Below, piece by piece: positions 20,546 to 29,911 of a stretch of DNA of 64,000 bases (positions are counted from its first letter, which is position 1; every line of letters starts with the position of its first letter). The stretch is from positions 1,600,001 to 1,664,000 of the forward strand of contig CAWCKY010000006.1 of the NCBI GenBank assembly GCA_963796275.1, given 5' to 3'. Below the pieces are notes generated by a model, which saw nothing but the letters and a program-made list of their open reading frames with translations, did no database searches and was not told the origin of the DNA. The DNA comes from an uncultured Acidobacteriota bacterium. Lineage in GTDB: Bacteria; Acidobacteriota; Blastocatellia; RBC074. A program made the translations under genes and the position numbers.

Positions 20546-21664
20546 CTATATCAGTGCCGACATACCATCGCTGTGACCACGGGTCAGATGAATCTCGTGT
20601 AGCGGGCATGACTCTTCGAGCAGAGGATGTCCGCCCGCGGTAACGAAGGTTTGATAATTACTCGGACCACTAAGCATACCAGCGCGGCGGCACGCCCCTA
20701 TCCAGACAGCATGTGAAAAGTTCGCCACGATGAGATCGGCCCCAATCTCTGCCAGGTAACTGATGCCGGCTGCGACCAGCGCTGGCACATCTGCGAAATG
20801 CCCGAAACCGTCGGCCAAAGTTCCGACGGTCAAGTCGCCGAAATAAGGGTTATCACGCATCCGCTTTAGCGCCACCACTATCCACCCGGCATCCTTCATT
20901 GTCCTTTTTTGCAGTACTCTCAGCCGGATGAAGCGACGATCGAAAGGGGGATAAACGATATTGAGAGATGTCGAATCAGACCGGATTGCGGCCCCATAGG
21001 CCGGGAGTGATGAGGTGAAGATTCGATCGGCCCATTCATCAAATGCATCGACTACCGACCATTGGTAGGACGAGTAACTCGCGTTTAGCTTGCGCCGCAA
21101 GGTTAAGAGCCCGCCTATTCCTGCCCCCACGCCGGAACAAATACTCAGGAGACCTCCATATTGGAACATGGGGTGACCCTTGAAGTATGTCATCCCGCGT
21201 AACACCTTACTTACTCTGACAGGGTAGAAAAAGAAGGGTATGGACTTATACCTCCAACCGAGCTTGGTCAAAAAGCGAAATATCTCCAAATCGGCTGATC
21301 CAACTCCAAGCCCTATCAAGAAAGGTTGATAAGACAATGCGTTCCTCATGAGTTGGACAACTGCCAGCGAGTAGATAGGATTTATTATCCCTTCGGAGAG
21401 TGGCCCGTTGATAAAACAAAAGTCACGTTTCTCGCCATGGACAAATATGTTGTGATGGTAAAGCAATACTGCCGCATGAGCTTCGCTTCCATTTTCGGCG
21501 ATCATCATCCTGCGATATACCGGAAACCCTTCCGGTCTGTACAACGCCTCGCCCCGCAGTCTGGGACTAAGGCTTATTTGTTCTTTGCTTCCACCAGCTT
21601 TAATGCGCCGGTTGAGTCGATCGACAGCAGCGAGGTCATCATCCTTGATGAAGCGGATATTCAT
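20546..21664 (-). CDS. Hypothetical protein, possibly a tandem GNAT-fold acyltransferase
   Basis: 372-aa ORF overlapping the upstream gene by 4 nt. GNAT-like start (IRFIKDDDL) and a FLTKLGW segment. The fold is inferred. Confidence 0.55.
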   Translation of the reverse strand: MNIRFIKDDDLAAVDRLNRRIKAGGSKEQISLSPRLRGEALYRPEGFPVYRRMMIAENGSEAHAAVLLYHHNIFVHGEKRDFCFINGPLSEGIINPIYSLAVVQLMRNALSYQPFLIGLGVGSADLEIFRFLTKLGWRYKSIPFFFYPVRVSKVLRGMTYFKGHPMFQYGGLLSICSGVGAGIGGLLTLRRKLNASYSSYQWSVVDAFDEWADRIFTSSLPAYGAAIRSDSTSLNIVYPPFDRRFIRLRVLQKRTMKDAGWIVVALKRMRDNPYFGDLTVGTLADGFGHFADVPALVAAGISYLAEIGADLIVANFSHAVWIGACRRAGMLSGPSNYQTFVTAGGHPLLEESCPLHEIHLTRGHSDGMSALI

Positions 21665-22602
21665 AACTCCCCTGATTCTCCTTGCGCCAGCGGCGAATTC
21701 TTACGATACCTCCTTCCCGTACCATCCGGGTTCTCCAGCAAGCGGCCGGTTGCTGCGATCGCCATTTTCAACTCGATCCTGGCGCGACTATCCCCGCCAA
21801 AGAATTGCACGCGCGGCAATCGCCAGGTGGGGAAGCTGCTATCGGCCCACATCGGTTCTGTGGTCATCGCTGTCTCTACCCCGCACCCAAGCACATAGCG
21901 CGCCAGATGCTCCGTATAGTTTCCGTTCGGGAAAGCGAAAGTGCGGCACTCTCCGATCTCCTGCCTGACTTCTTCAATGCTCTGCTTGATCTCGAAGTAG
22001 GCGTCAATCTCGGTCTCGCGTGTCAGGATGGTATGTCGCAGACCATGCGCTCCCAGCGTAAAACCGCGGCGCCCCAGCCCACGCGCTTCATCCCAGGTCA
22101 TCGGACGGATGTCGTCACACTCCATATCGGGAGTCACTTTGTAACTGGGGCATAGGCAGTTCAACCGATCGTTCAGCGATTTAAAAGGAAGCTGTTTCAA
22201 TCTCTTATCCTCGAGCTCAGGAGGTGTATAACCGAGCGACCGCCTGATAGCGTCTCTACGATCGAACCAGAGCGGGAACCCGTCAGTCAGAAAACGCGTC
22301 GTGACGTAGAAGACCGCAGGCACGCCCATCTGCTCCAATACGGGGGCGGTTTCCGTAAAGTTGCTGCGTTTACCGTCGTCGAAGGTGAGCAGGCAGAAGG
22401 GACGAGCTCTCGGTCGCGATAACCGGTCGAGTAACTCATCATGATGAATAAAGTCAAACCACCGGCCGAAGGCCTCTATGTGGAGGCGCGTCTGTGGGGC
22501 CGTCAGCGTGTGTTCGTTGACGATTATTCCAGCTTGTCCGGTATGGCGAGTCATTGTTGCTATAGCCATAGAACACCATCCAACCAGGCTTGGTAATTTC
22601 AT
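21661..22602 (-). CDS. Polysaccharide deacetylase (CE4/NodB-like)
   Basis: LTFDDG, GAHGLRH and FAFPNG motifs. Confidence 0.88.
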   Translation of the reverse strand: MKLPSLVGWCSMAIATMTRHTGQAGIIVNEHTLTAPQTRLHIEAFGRWFDFIHHDELLDRLSRPRARPFCLLTFDDGKRSNFTETAPVLEQMGVPAVFYVTTRFLTDGFPLWFDRRDAIRRSLGYTPPELEDKRLKQLPFKSLNDRLNCLCPSYKVTPDMECDDIRPMTWDEARGLGRRGFTLGAHGLRHTILTRETEIDAYFEIKQSIEEVRQEIGECRTFAFPNGNYTEHLARYVLGCGVETAMTTEPMWADSSFPTWRLPRVQFFGGDSRARIELKMAIAATGRLLENPDGTGRRYRKNSPLAQGESGEL

Positions 22603-22611
22603 GACGTATTT

Positions 22612-23898
22612 TTATTGGTGATTCAGGTAAGTGTCCGTATCTCCCAACGGCAGTTGAGAGGATTGAGCGGTGTATGGTCGAGCATGTCGCGCACACGCTG
22701 ATCTGACCGAACCTGTCACGTACTCCAACTCTTCGTCTTTCATCCCGGGAAAGATCGGCAGGCTGATCGACCGCTCCCATATATCCGTAGCGGTTGGGAA
22801 GTCTTCGGGTCGCCAGCCGAAATTCTCCTGATAGTATGGATGCAGGTGCAACGGTCGCCAGTGGACCGAGCAGCCGACTCCATCCTCTTTCAGCTCCTCC
22901 ATGAACTCGTTGCGTGTAATCGAGAGTCGTTCGAGGCATAATTTGATGGGGAAGAGGTGCCACGATTGGATCCGGTTCGAATCCTCACCCGGCAGATCGA
23001 TCTCCGCAATATCAGCCAATGCTTCACGATAGTAGCGGGCCACCTCCTGGCGCATCCGGCGCATCTCCTCCGCCTTGGCCAATTGGTGGATACCTATGGC
23101 CGCGGCGATGTCCGTCAGGTTGTACTTGTAACCTGGCGCGATAATCTTGTAGTCCCAGGTTCCGCTGTTCGAGTATCTGCCCCACGCATTCTGCGAAAGC
23201 CCATGAAGCGACATTGATCGCATTCGATCAGCGATCGCGATATCTTCTGTTACTGCCATCCCTCCTTCACCAGTGGTGATTGTCTTATTGGCATAGAATG
23301 AGAAGCAGGTTACCCGCGCGGTCCTCTCGCCACACCGCTGCCAGGCTTGATCCGGCCCAGGTCTCCAGGCCGATGGGAAGGCGTGAGCGGCGTCCTCGAT
23401 CACCCACAACCCATTCTCGGAAGCGAAATTGCGGATTGCCTCTATATCCATCATCACTCCCCCCACGTGGACAGGTATCATCCCCACCACGCGCGTGTCC
23501 GCTGCCAGTCCTTGCCATAGTTTTCCCGCCCTGAGCTGAGCCAGCCTCCACACGGCGTCGAACAAATCCATGTTCTTCGTCATTGGATCGCAATCCACCA
23601 GAATAGGGATCGCATTCATGTAACGAACGACTGCTGCGGTGGCAGCGAACGTCATGGTCGGGACCAGGACCGCTTGGCCTGCTTCCACTCCAGATGCCTC
23701 AAGCGCGAGGTGAAGAGCTGCTGTGCAGGAATTTACCGCCACAGCATGGCTGGCGCCTACCGCAGCGGCGAACTCCTGTTCGAATCGTTTGACCTTTGTA
23801 CCGCTCGTCAGCCAGCCCGAGCGTATGGTGTCCATTACCTCGTCCAGCTCACGCTCGCCGAGGTATGGACGGAAGAACGGTATCCGATTTCCCTTCAT
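22612..23898 (-). CDS. DegT/DnrJ/EryC1/StrS PLP-dependent sugar aminotransferase
   Basis: SGWLTSG, NSCTAALHL, EDAAHA and FSFYANKTITTGEGG. Confidence 0.93.
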   Translation of the reverse strand: MKGNRIPFFRPYLGERELDEVMDTIRSGWLTSGTKVKRFEQEFAAAVGASHAVAVNSCTAALHLALEASGVEAGQAVLVPTMTFAATAAVVRYMNAIPILVDCDPMTKNMDLFDAVWRLAQLRAGKLWQGLAADTRVVGMIPVHVGGVMMDIEAIRNFASENGLWVIEDAAHAFPSAWRPGPDQAWQRCGERTARVTCFSFYANKTITTGEGGMAVTEDIAIADRMRSMSLHGLSQNAWGRYSNSGTWDYKIIAPGYKYNLTDIAAAIGIHQLAKAEEMRRMRQEVARYYREALADIAEIDLPGEDSNRIQSWHLFPIKLCLERLSITRNEFMEELKEDGVGCSVHWRPLHLHPYYQENFGWRPEDFPTATDIWERSISLPIFPGMKDEELEYVTGSVRSACARHARPYTAQSSQLPLGDTDTYLNHQ

Positions 23899-23915
23899 AA
23901 TGGTCCCCCTATGTG

Positions 23916-24803
23916 TTACAACCCCAAAACTACAATCTCAGAATAAAGATTATCGATTTGCTCGCCGGTCAACACTTCTGACTTATACATTTTGGGAATC
24001 TTCAGCTTGTATATTTTGCTGTAAGGTAGATGTATTTTTCCTATCAGTCTCTCATCGACAGCCAGGAATAAATACCCCTTGCTCGTGAGAAAATGAATCC
24101 TGATCCTGCTGAGGTGCTTTAAAAAGATATTACGGTCGCTGATGTATTGTATGTGACCATAAGGTATCTTGCAGTTGTATTTTTTATAGCTCTTGCTAGT
24201 GTACAGAAGATAACAGTAGCTGTCCTTCTCTTGTATCACAAGATGGCCGCAGTCGTATTGCGAATGATCATTGAATATTCGTAAGTGCGCCGGGTTCAGC
24301 ATCTCCGCGATCCTGGTCCGATCGGGGACTATAGCCGTCGGAGTCTCACCAGCCTCACTGGATAACTGCGGTATCGGGAAGAGAAGTCTGACGTGTGTAT
24401 CGAGAGTCTTAAAACCCAATCGCTTCGCGATAGCCCAGGCCCTCTCGTTCATCGTTAGATTGGTGAGCGTATAACCCTTCAGATTTAGCAGCGGAAAGAC
24501 CAGGCGCAAGCTTTCAGATCGATATTTTTCCTTAACTATCCAGCTCGTGAGGTTGCAAAATCTGGCCTCCATGCCGCCTATGGTCCTGCGACTGAATAAC
24601 GTGCCGTTAAAACCGACGACTTGTCGATAATCGGTAAGAGCATATCCGACGTAACCCTCATCAAATTCCCACTGGTAATCGAAGATCAGTTTCCACTTCT
24701 CACCGGTCAACTGTGAGTCATCGAGTTCTAAAAGGAGAGGATATATATCATCGAACATTGCTGGTGTAACTTTTTCCACTTTCGCCATTTCCGTAGCCTT
24801 CAA
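23916..24803 (-). CDS. GNAT-like N-acyltransferase
   Basis: VVGF, CNLTSWIVKEKYR and KRLGF segments fit GNAT motifs. Directly follows the ACP gene. Confidence 0.6.
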   Translation of the reverse strand: MKATEMAKVEKVTPAMFDDIYPLLLELDDSQLTGEKWKLIFDYQWEFDEGYVGYALTDYRQVVGFNGTLFSRRTIGGMEARFCNLTSWIVKEKYRSESLRLVFPLLNLKGYTLTNLTMNERAWAIAKRLGFKTLDTHVRLLFPIPQLSSEAGETPTAIVPDRTRIAEMLNPAHLRIFNDHSQYDCGHLVIQEKDSYCYLLYTSKSYKKYNCKIPYGHIQYISDRNIFLKHLSRIRIHFLTSKGYLFLAVDERLIGKIHLPYSKIYKLKIPKMYKSEVLTGEQIDNLYSEIVVLGL

Positions 24804-24821
24804 CGCATCAACACTTCTTCC

Positions 24822-25082
24822 TTAAGCAATCTTTTGTAATTGATCTATACACGAAATGAACTCGGCGATCTTCGCTATCGTCTTGAAGTTGTCAATTTCG
24901 ATCGCATCTACAGGGATAGCCGTTCCAAATTCCTGCTCGAGGCAGACCAGCAGTTCGACGAATGTCAGCGAGTCTAAAAGCCCTTCTTCGACGAGGTCTG
25001 TAACAACAGAACTGACCTCCAGATTGAGTTTATCGGAGAAAAGCTTGGTGATCTTTGGGTATAATGCTTTTGCATCTAACAT
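24822..25082 (-). CDS. Acyl/aminoacyl carrier protein (DltC-like)
   Basis: 86 aa, acidic, with a GLLDSL phosphopantetheine motif and LEQEFG..NFKTIAKI. Confidence 0.9.
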   Translation of the reverse strand: MLDAKALYPKITKLFSDKLNLEVSSVVTDLVEEGLLDSLTFVELLVCLEQEFGTAIPVDAIEIDNFKTIAKIAEFISCIDQLQKIA

Positions 25083-25183
25083 TTTGATTCCCTGCTTCGG
25101 ATTCAGATGAGTATTCAGGTTTGAGGATTGCGGAATTTTGGTTGTGTCAAGTCTGTATGATTGCGACCGCTTTGGTAGTTAAT

Positions 25184-25425
25184 TGAGGACTGGGCAAATT
25201 AAAGTTGATTGTTATCAGTAGTATCTGTTTGGCTCCGTATGAGCCCGATGTTTATAGCTTAGATGATAATGTTCATCGCAAGCTCCGGAGGAGCGACATC
25301 TGAACGCCTATATGCCGTTCCTTCGGAGCTTACGAGGTTTGGATGATCGAGTGCTAAAAATATTTCGCGCCGCTGGCGCTCGGGACCAACAACATTACAA
25401 TGATCTTTTATTTGCACAGTCCTCA
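25184..25425 (-). mobile_element. ~242-bp MITE/REPIN-like element, family A copy 3, both terminal repeats intact
   Basis: TIRs TGAGGACTGGGCAAAT / ATTTGCACAGTCCTCA (15 of 16 match). Outer arms are reverse-complementary to those of copies 1 and 2. Confidence 0.8.
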
Positions 25426-25519
25426 GTCACTTCGTTTATCCTGATAACGGTGACAACGGCTGAATGGTCGAGGCGATAGCCTCCCGGATTGTCAAACCAG
25501 CCATTATCTTTTCTATATC

Positions 25520-26362
25520 TTAAGGTTTGAATAACTCATTGTTCATATTTTGTCGTTCGCCTAGTATCCACCTGCGAAGTAGAGTATACCGCCTCATACC
25601 GAGCGCAGCGCGAGGTATATGAAGAAGTGACCAACGTAGTACCTCTCTCTGGACATTATAGTTGCAATACCTTCGGATATCTGCAGTAGAGGTATTCTCA
25701 CGGATTGCAATTCTTCTCAAATTGAATAAAGACATATTCGGGTTGTTTATGCCGGGTTTGGAGGTACAGAGCATTTTGAGGCCCACCTCTTTCGCAGAGG
25801 AAGCTATTATCTCATTCCAATCACCGCCTGGCATTGAAGCGGATTCAATTGGTTGTTGCAAAAGAGATTCTAGATATTGTTTGCATGCTGATAATTCCAG
25901 CTTTATTTCTGCGCGAGAACAGCTTGATAGCATGCGATGAGTTTTCCCATGAACTCCGACTTCCATACCAGCCCTTGCGGCATTCAATATCAAGCCTTGA
26001 TCGCAAAATCCTTTTCGCCCTACAAAATCTTGCGTAATGAAGAAGGTAGCCTTAAACCCGAATTCAATCAGCAAAGGAACAGCTGTTTCAAAAGCACCCC
26101 GCCATCCATCATCGAAGGTCAGAATTACCGTTTCGCCGTCGCTGCTGCTGATAGATTCTGAGGCGGTTATGACCCGATGCCCTGAAGCCTTGATGGCAAT
26201 CAGATGTTGAGTGAAGACATCTTTGGGAACGTGATACATTGCAGCGGAACGGGGAATGCCGGATACCGGATCTTTCTGGTAAATGTCATGATACATAAGC
26301 CAGATTGACTCTGTTTCCTGTACCGAAACCGATTTCGCTGCATGTTTATTGGCTTGATTCAC
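25520..26362 (-). CDS. Polysaccharide deacetylase (CE4/NodB-like)
   Basis: LMYH, LTFDDG, GVHGKTH and SMPGG motifs. Confidence 0.88.
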   Translation of the reverse strand: MNQANKHAAKSVSVQETESIWLMYHDIYQKDPVSGIPRSAAMYHVPKDVFTQHLIAIKASGHRVITASESISSSDGETVILTFDDGWRGAFETAVPLLIEFGFKATFFITQDFVGRKGFCDQGLILNAARAGMEVGVHGKTHRMLSSCSRAEIKLELSACKQYLESLLQQPIESASMPGGDWNEIIASSAKEVGLKMLCTSKPGINNPNMSLFNLRRIAIRENTSTADIRRYCNYNVQREVLRWSLLHIPRAALGMRRYTLLRRWILGERQNMNNELFKP

Positions 26363-26365
26363 AGC

Positions 26366-27415
26366 TTATCTTGGCTCCCTGGTCTCACGGTCTCCCCAGC
26401 GTTTTCGGAAACCGGCCAGCCCGGCGAGAAATCCGAGCCCGAAGGCGAAGTGGATCGTTGCGAAGCAGAGGGGTAGCGCCAGCCGCAGCCGCCATCCCTG
26501 CTTTCGAACCGTAATTAGAGAAGCACATATGTTGGCGAGCGCGTAGATACCCAGGGTCAACGCGAATACCAATCCGGCTGCCGTTGAGAGCGGAGTCATT
26601 AACATTGATAGCATCAAGCAGGAGATGAACAGTAGGGGGACGAACTGACGCATGCGCATCTGCCGCGGCGTCTTCTGCATTATGCGTACTTTCCAGTATC
26701 CGTATTGGAAATATTGACGCCAAAGAGAGCTGATCGAGCTTCGGCTGTAATATCGGGAACGTATGTCGGCGGCCAGCAGTATCTTTCCCCCGATCCTGCG
26801 CAAGCGGTAGTTATAATCGTCATCCTGATTGCGGACCAACTCTTCATCGAAGTATCCCACACGCTGCATAATGGAGCGTGTGTAAGCAGGGAACGCAATA
26901 GTATCCGCTGCCATGGTTCTATCTTTCACGATGCGGAAAGCGGAATTGCCAACTCCAAAAGGCGAGCTCATAGCTAAAGCTATCGTCCGGGCAAGAGGTG
27001 TCTCTCCCACTGTCTCTATCGGGCCGCCCACGCCATCGACGCCATCATTCTGGAGGTGCTCAACGCAGCGACGAACGTAATCCCTTTCGATTACACAATG
27101 ACCATCAACGCGAATAAATACCTCTCCGTTCGCGCGGAAAATGGCGGCGTTCAGGCCCGTAGGCGCGATCTTACCCGTATTATCGATCATCAGAATATTT
27201 GGGTGCCGGTCTTGAAACGTGCGGATGATCGCTCGTGTGCCATCGGTTGACATACCGTCAGATACGACTACCTCCATAAGGTTTACCGGGTAGTCCTGCG
27301 CCATCACTGCATTCAGACTGCGGGCGATGTAACGAGCCTCGTTGCGTACGGGGAGGACGACAGTTACGAGCGGCAGGCTGATAGCATTGGGTGATTCGGA
27401 ATCGGTACAATACAT
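26366..27415 (-). CDS. Glycosyltransferase family 2 (ExoA-like)
   Basis: PVRNE, DGMSTDGT, RVDGH, RNQDDD and QYFQYGYWK motifs, with C-terminal TMs. Start is uncertain (27415 or 27442). Confidence 0.9.
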   Translation of the reverse strand: MYCTDSESPNAISLPLVTVVLPVRNEARYIARSLNAVMAQDYPVNLMEVVVSDGMSTDGTRAIIRTFQDRHPNILMIDNTGKIAPTGLNAAIFRANGEVFIRVDGHCVIERDYVRRCVEHLQNDGVDGVGGPIETVGETPLARTIALAMSSPFGVGNSAFRIVKDRTMAADTIAFPAYTRSIMQRVGYFDEELVRNQDDDYNYRLRRIGGKILLAADIRSRYYSRSSISSLWRQYFQYGYWKVRIMQKTPRQMRMRQFVPLLFISCLMLSMLMTPLSTAAGLVFALTLGIYALANICASLITVRKQGWRLRLALPLCFATIHFAFGLGFLAGLAGFRKRWGDRETREPR

Positions 27416-27527
27416 CGGGATATATCCAACTACCGGGAGCACGAGGAAAAACGGAATTTGTCGAATTCCATGTGCTCTCCGTGCTTCCCATGTTAGGTTT
27501 TTGTGTGTGTTAATCTTGGGTGTTCGG

Positions 27528-29513
27528 TTAGGGGATGTTAAAAACGCGCATCCACATCTCCAACGACAATATCCTGAAGAGGCCCAGATAGGACTCGGTG
27601 TTCGCTGAGTCTGCCTTTGCAGAACTATACCATCGGCGCAGAGCCGCGGCGTCTATATACTTTTGGCAGCGGAGATCGTCGCCGATCATCTCGGTCGTAA
27701 ATTTGCGCAGGTCTTGCGATAGCCAGATACGATCCGGGGCTGCGAAACCTAGCTTGCTTTTACGGAGCCTGACAGACTCGGGCATCATATTTTTCATCGC
27801 CTGCCTGATCGCGAATTTGCTCCAGCCGTTCCGCACCTTGAGGTTATCCGGTAAGGAGATGCCATACTCGACGAGCTTGTGATCCAGGAGCGGCACGCGA
27901 GCCTCGATTGAAAACGCCATAGAGGAGCGATCTTCCAGGCGCAGGAGCTGTGGAAGCGTATCGATCTGAATGTCGTCGATCTGTATCCGCTGCATGGCCG
28001 TCCACGGCCCATCACCGTTCCGTTTACCGGAAGCATTGCGCCACCATCGGGTTGCCGGTGTGCTGCCGTCTGAAATGACTTGACTGAGATCGGCTCTCAA
28101 AACCTCTTGTAATACCGAATCCACTTTCATAAACCGGCGAATGTTATGAGGAAGGTAACGAAAGCCATTCCGCAGGTTCAGCACATAACGGTCACCCTGA
28201 CTTACGGTAGCTCCCAGCTCGCGTAACATTCGAAGTACGCGGCCATCCTTCAGCAATGAGGCAAAATATGCATAACGGAACTTCGCGTAGCCTCCGAATA
28301 CTTCGTCGCCCCCCTGGCCATCGAGCAATACTTTGACCCCGGCTTCCATTGCCGCACGCATGACTCGCCACTGAGCGTAGAAGCTGAACCCCCCAAATGG
28401 CATGTCCTGGTGCCAGGCCATTCGCTGGAAGTCTTCCCGGAAGTCCTCGGCTGTCGGGAAGACGAGCTCTGGAGTTGCGTCTACTGATCGCGCAACGGTC
28501 AAGGCATATTCACGTTCATCGATTTCTCTATATTTATAGCAGGATGTGAATGTACGTAGACTGTCTCCGATCGCGGTAGCCGCCTCAGGGTGTTCACCGG
28601 ATATTTTCCCTATCAGAGAGACCACTGTCGATGAGTCGAGGCCACCGCTCAGGCAGCTACCCACTCGCACATCGCTTATCAGGTGTTTGCGCATAGTCTC
28701 CAACAACAACTCCCTCAACTGCTCTATATGTTCATCGTCTCCTGCGCCATTCGCCGGTTGCGGTACTAGATGCCAGTACCTGTTAACCATGATTTGTCGG
28801 GTCCTGCTGTCAAGCCGCAGCGAGTGAGCCGCAGGCAGCGCTCTCAGGTTCCGGACAACCGTACGCTCCCCATAATCGCAATTACCATGCGCCAGAAAGC
28901 CGAGTATCGCCTCGTCATCTGCTACCGCTTCTATTCCGGGAAATGACAGGAGAGCCTTGATCTCGGATGCACAGATAAAATAACCGGCGGCGACGGCATA
29001 ATAGAATGGTTTTATTCCAAACCTGTCGCGAGCGCAGAATAGTTGCCTCCGTCGGCTATCCCAAATTGCGAAGGCATACATTCCCTCGAGCTGATCCAGG
29101 CAATCCTCGCCCCAATGGAGGTATGCTTGCAGGAGCACCTCGGTGTCCGTCCGGGTTCTGAAGATGTATCCCTTAGACTTGAGCTCGGACCTGAGTTCCA
29201 AATGGTTATAGATTTCGCCGTTAAAGACGATCCATATGCTGCCATCACCCACTGACATTGGCTGTAGCCCGCGATCAGTCAGGTCTATGATCGCGAGGCG
29301 GCGGTGCCCCAATGCAACCTGAGCCGCGGTTTTCGCCTCCCATCGGTCCGTGTTCTGTAGAAAAGTATGATGATACCTCCCATTTTGAAGCGAGCCTATA
29401 ACGAACCCCTCTCCATCCGGTCCACGGTGCGCTTGCCGATCGTTCATTCGTTGCAATGCTGCTAGGTCTACCGGCCTTCCATCGAGACTAACTATTCCTA
29501 CTATCCCGCACAT
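27528..29513 (-). CDS. asnB: Asparagine synthase (glutamine-hydrolysing) family amidotransferase, polysaccharide-associated
   Basis: Intact MCGIVG, HRGPD, FNGEIYN, LSGGLDSS, GQGGDE and RVPLLD motifs. Confidence 0.9.
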   Translation of the reverse strand: MCGIVGIVSLDGRPVDLAALQRMNDRQAHRGPDGEGFVIGSLQNGRYHHTFLQNTDRWEAKTAAQVALGHRRLAIIDLTDRGLQPMSVGDGSIWIVFNGEIYNHLELRSELKSKGYIFRTRTDTEVLLQAYLHWGEDCLDQLEGMYAFAIWDSRRRQLFCARDRFGIKPFYYAVAAGYFICASEIKALLSFPGIEAVADDEAILGFLAHGNCDYGERTVVRNLRALPAAHSLRLDSRTRQIMVNRYWHLVPQPANGAGDDEHIEQLRELLLETMRKHLISDVRVGSCLSGGLDSSTVVSLIGKISGEHPEAATAIGDSLRTFTSCYKYREIDEREYALTVARSVDATPELVFPTAEDFREDFQRMAWHQDMPFGGFSFYAQWRVMRAAMEAGVKVLLDGQGGDEVFGGYAKFRYAYFASLLKDGRVLRMLRELGATVSQGDRYVLNLRNGFRYLPHNIRRFMKVDSVLQEVLRADLSQVISDGSTPATRWWRNASGKRNGDGPWTAMQRIQIDDIQIDTLPQLLRLEDRSSMAFSIEARVPLLDHKLVEYGISLPDNLKVRNGWSKFAIRQAMKNMMPESVRLRKSKLGFAAPDRIWLSQDLRKFTTEMIGDDLRCQKYIDAAALRRWYSSAKADSANTESYLGLFRILSLEMWMRVFNIP

Positions 29514-29514
29514 A

Positions 29515-29594
29515 ATAATTGATAATTGATAATTGATAATTGATAATTGATAATTGAAAGTTGATAGTGTTAGTTAATAGTTGATAGTGTTAGT
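29515..29594 (+). repeat. Heptamer tandem repeat (ATAATTG)n with variants
   Basis: Six ATAATTG units, then AAAGTTG/ATAGTTG-type variants. Confidence 0.9.
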
Positions 29595-29825
29595 TATTGA
29601 CATTCAGTTGGTCGTTTAACGCCCATGCCGAATTGCCGGGTAGCGGCAGGGATGAGTCTAATCTGGAGTTTCAACGCCTGCACTGGCATCCATCGTCGCT
29701 AGAAGGTGTACATTTCGTGCGAAAGTTTGAGGATAAAGCGTTGAAAACGCCGGGTTACATCCATAGCGTCGCGATGTGGCGGAATCGAAGCAAACAATCT
29801 TTGTTAAACCGATTGCCTGAAGCTC
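29595..29825 (+). repeat. REPIN-like element, family B copy 2
   Basis: Direct repeat of 19311-19554 with small indels. Confidence 0.8.
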
Positions 29826-29910
29826 AATGATAGTTGATAGTTCGTATAAACTGTGGCCACGATCTATACAAATTATCAATTATCAACTATCAATTATCCA
29901 TTATTAACTG
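29826..29910. repeat. Heptamer tract continuing after the element, then its inverted complement (CAATTAT)n
   Basis: ATGATAGTTGATAGTT ... AATTATCAATTATCAACTATCAATTATCCATTAT. Confidence 0.7.
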
Positions 29911-29911
29911 C

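Noticed and set aside
24822-25082. dlt operon or NRPS/PKS cluster
   Set aside because: No DltA, DltB or DltD, and no condensation or ketosynthase genes in the window.
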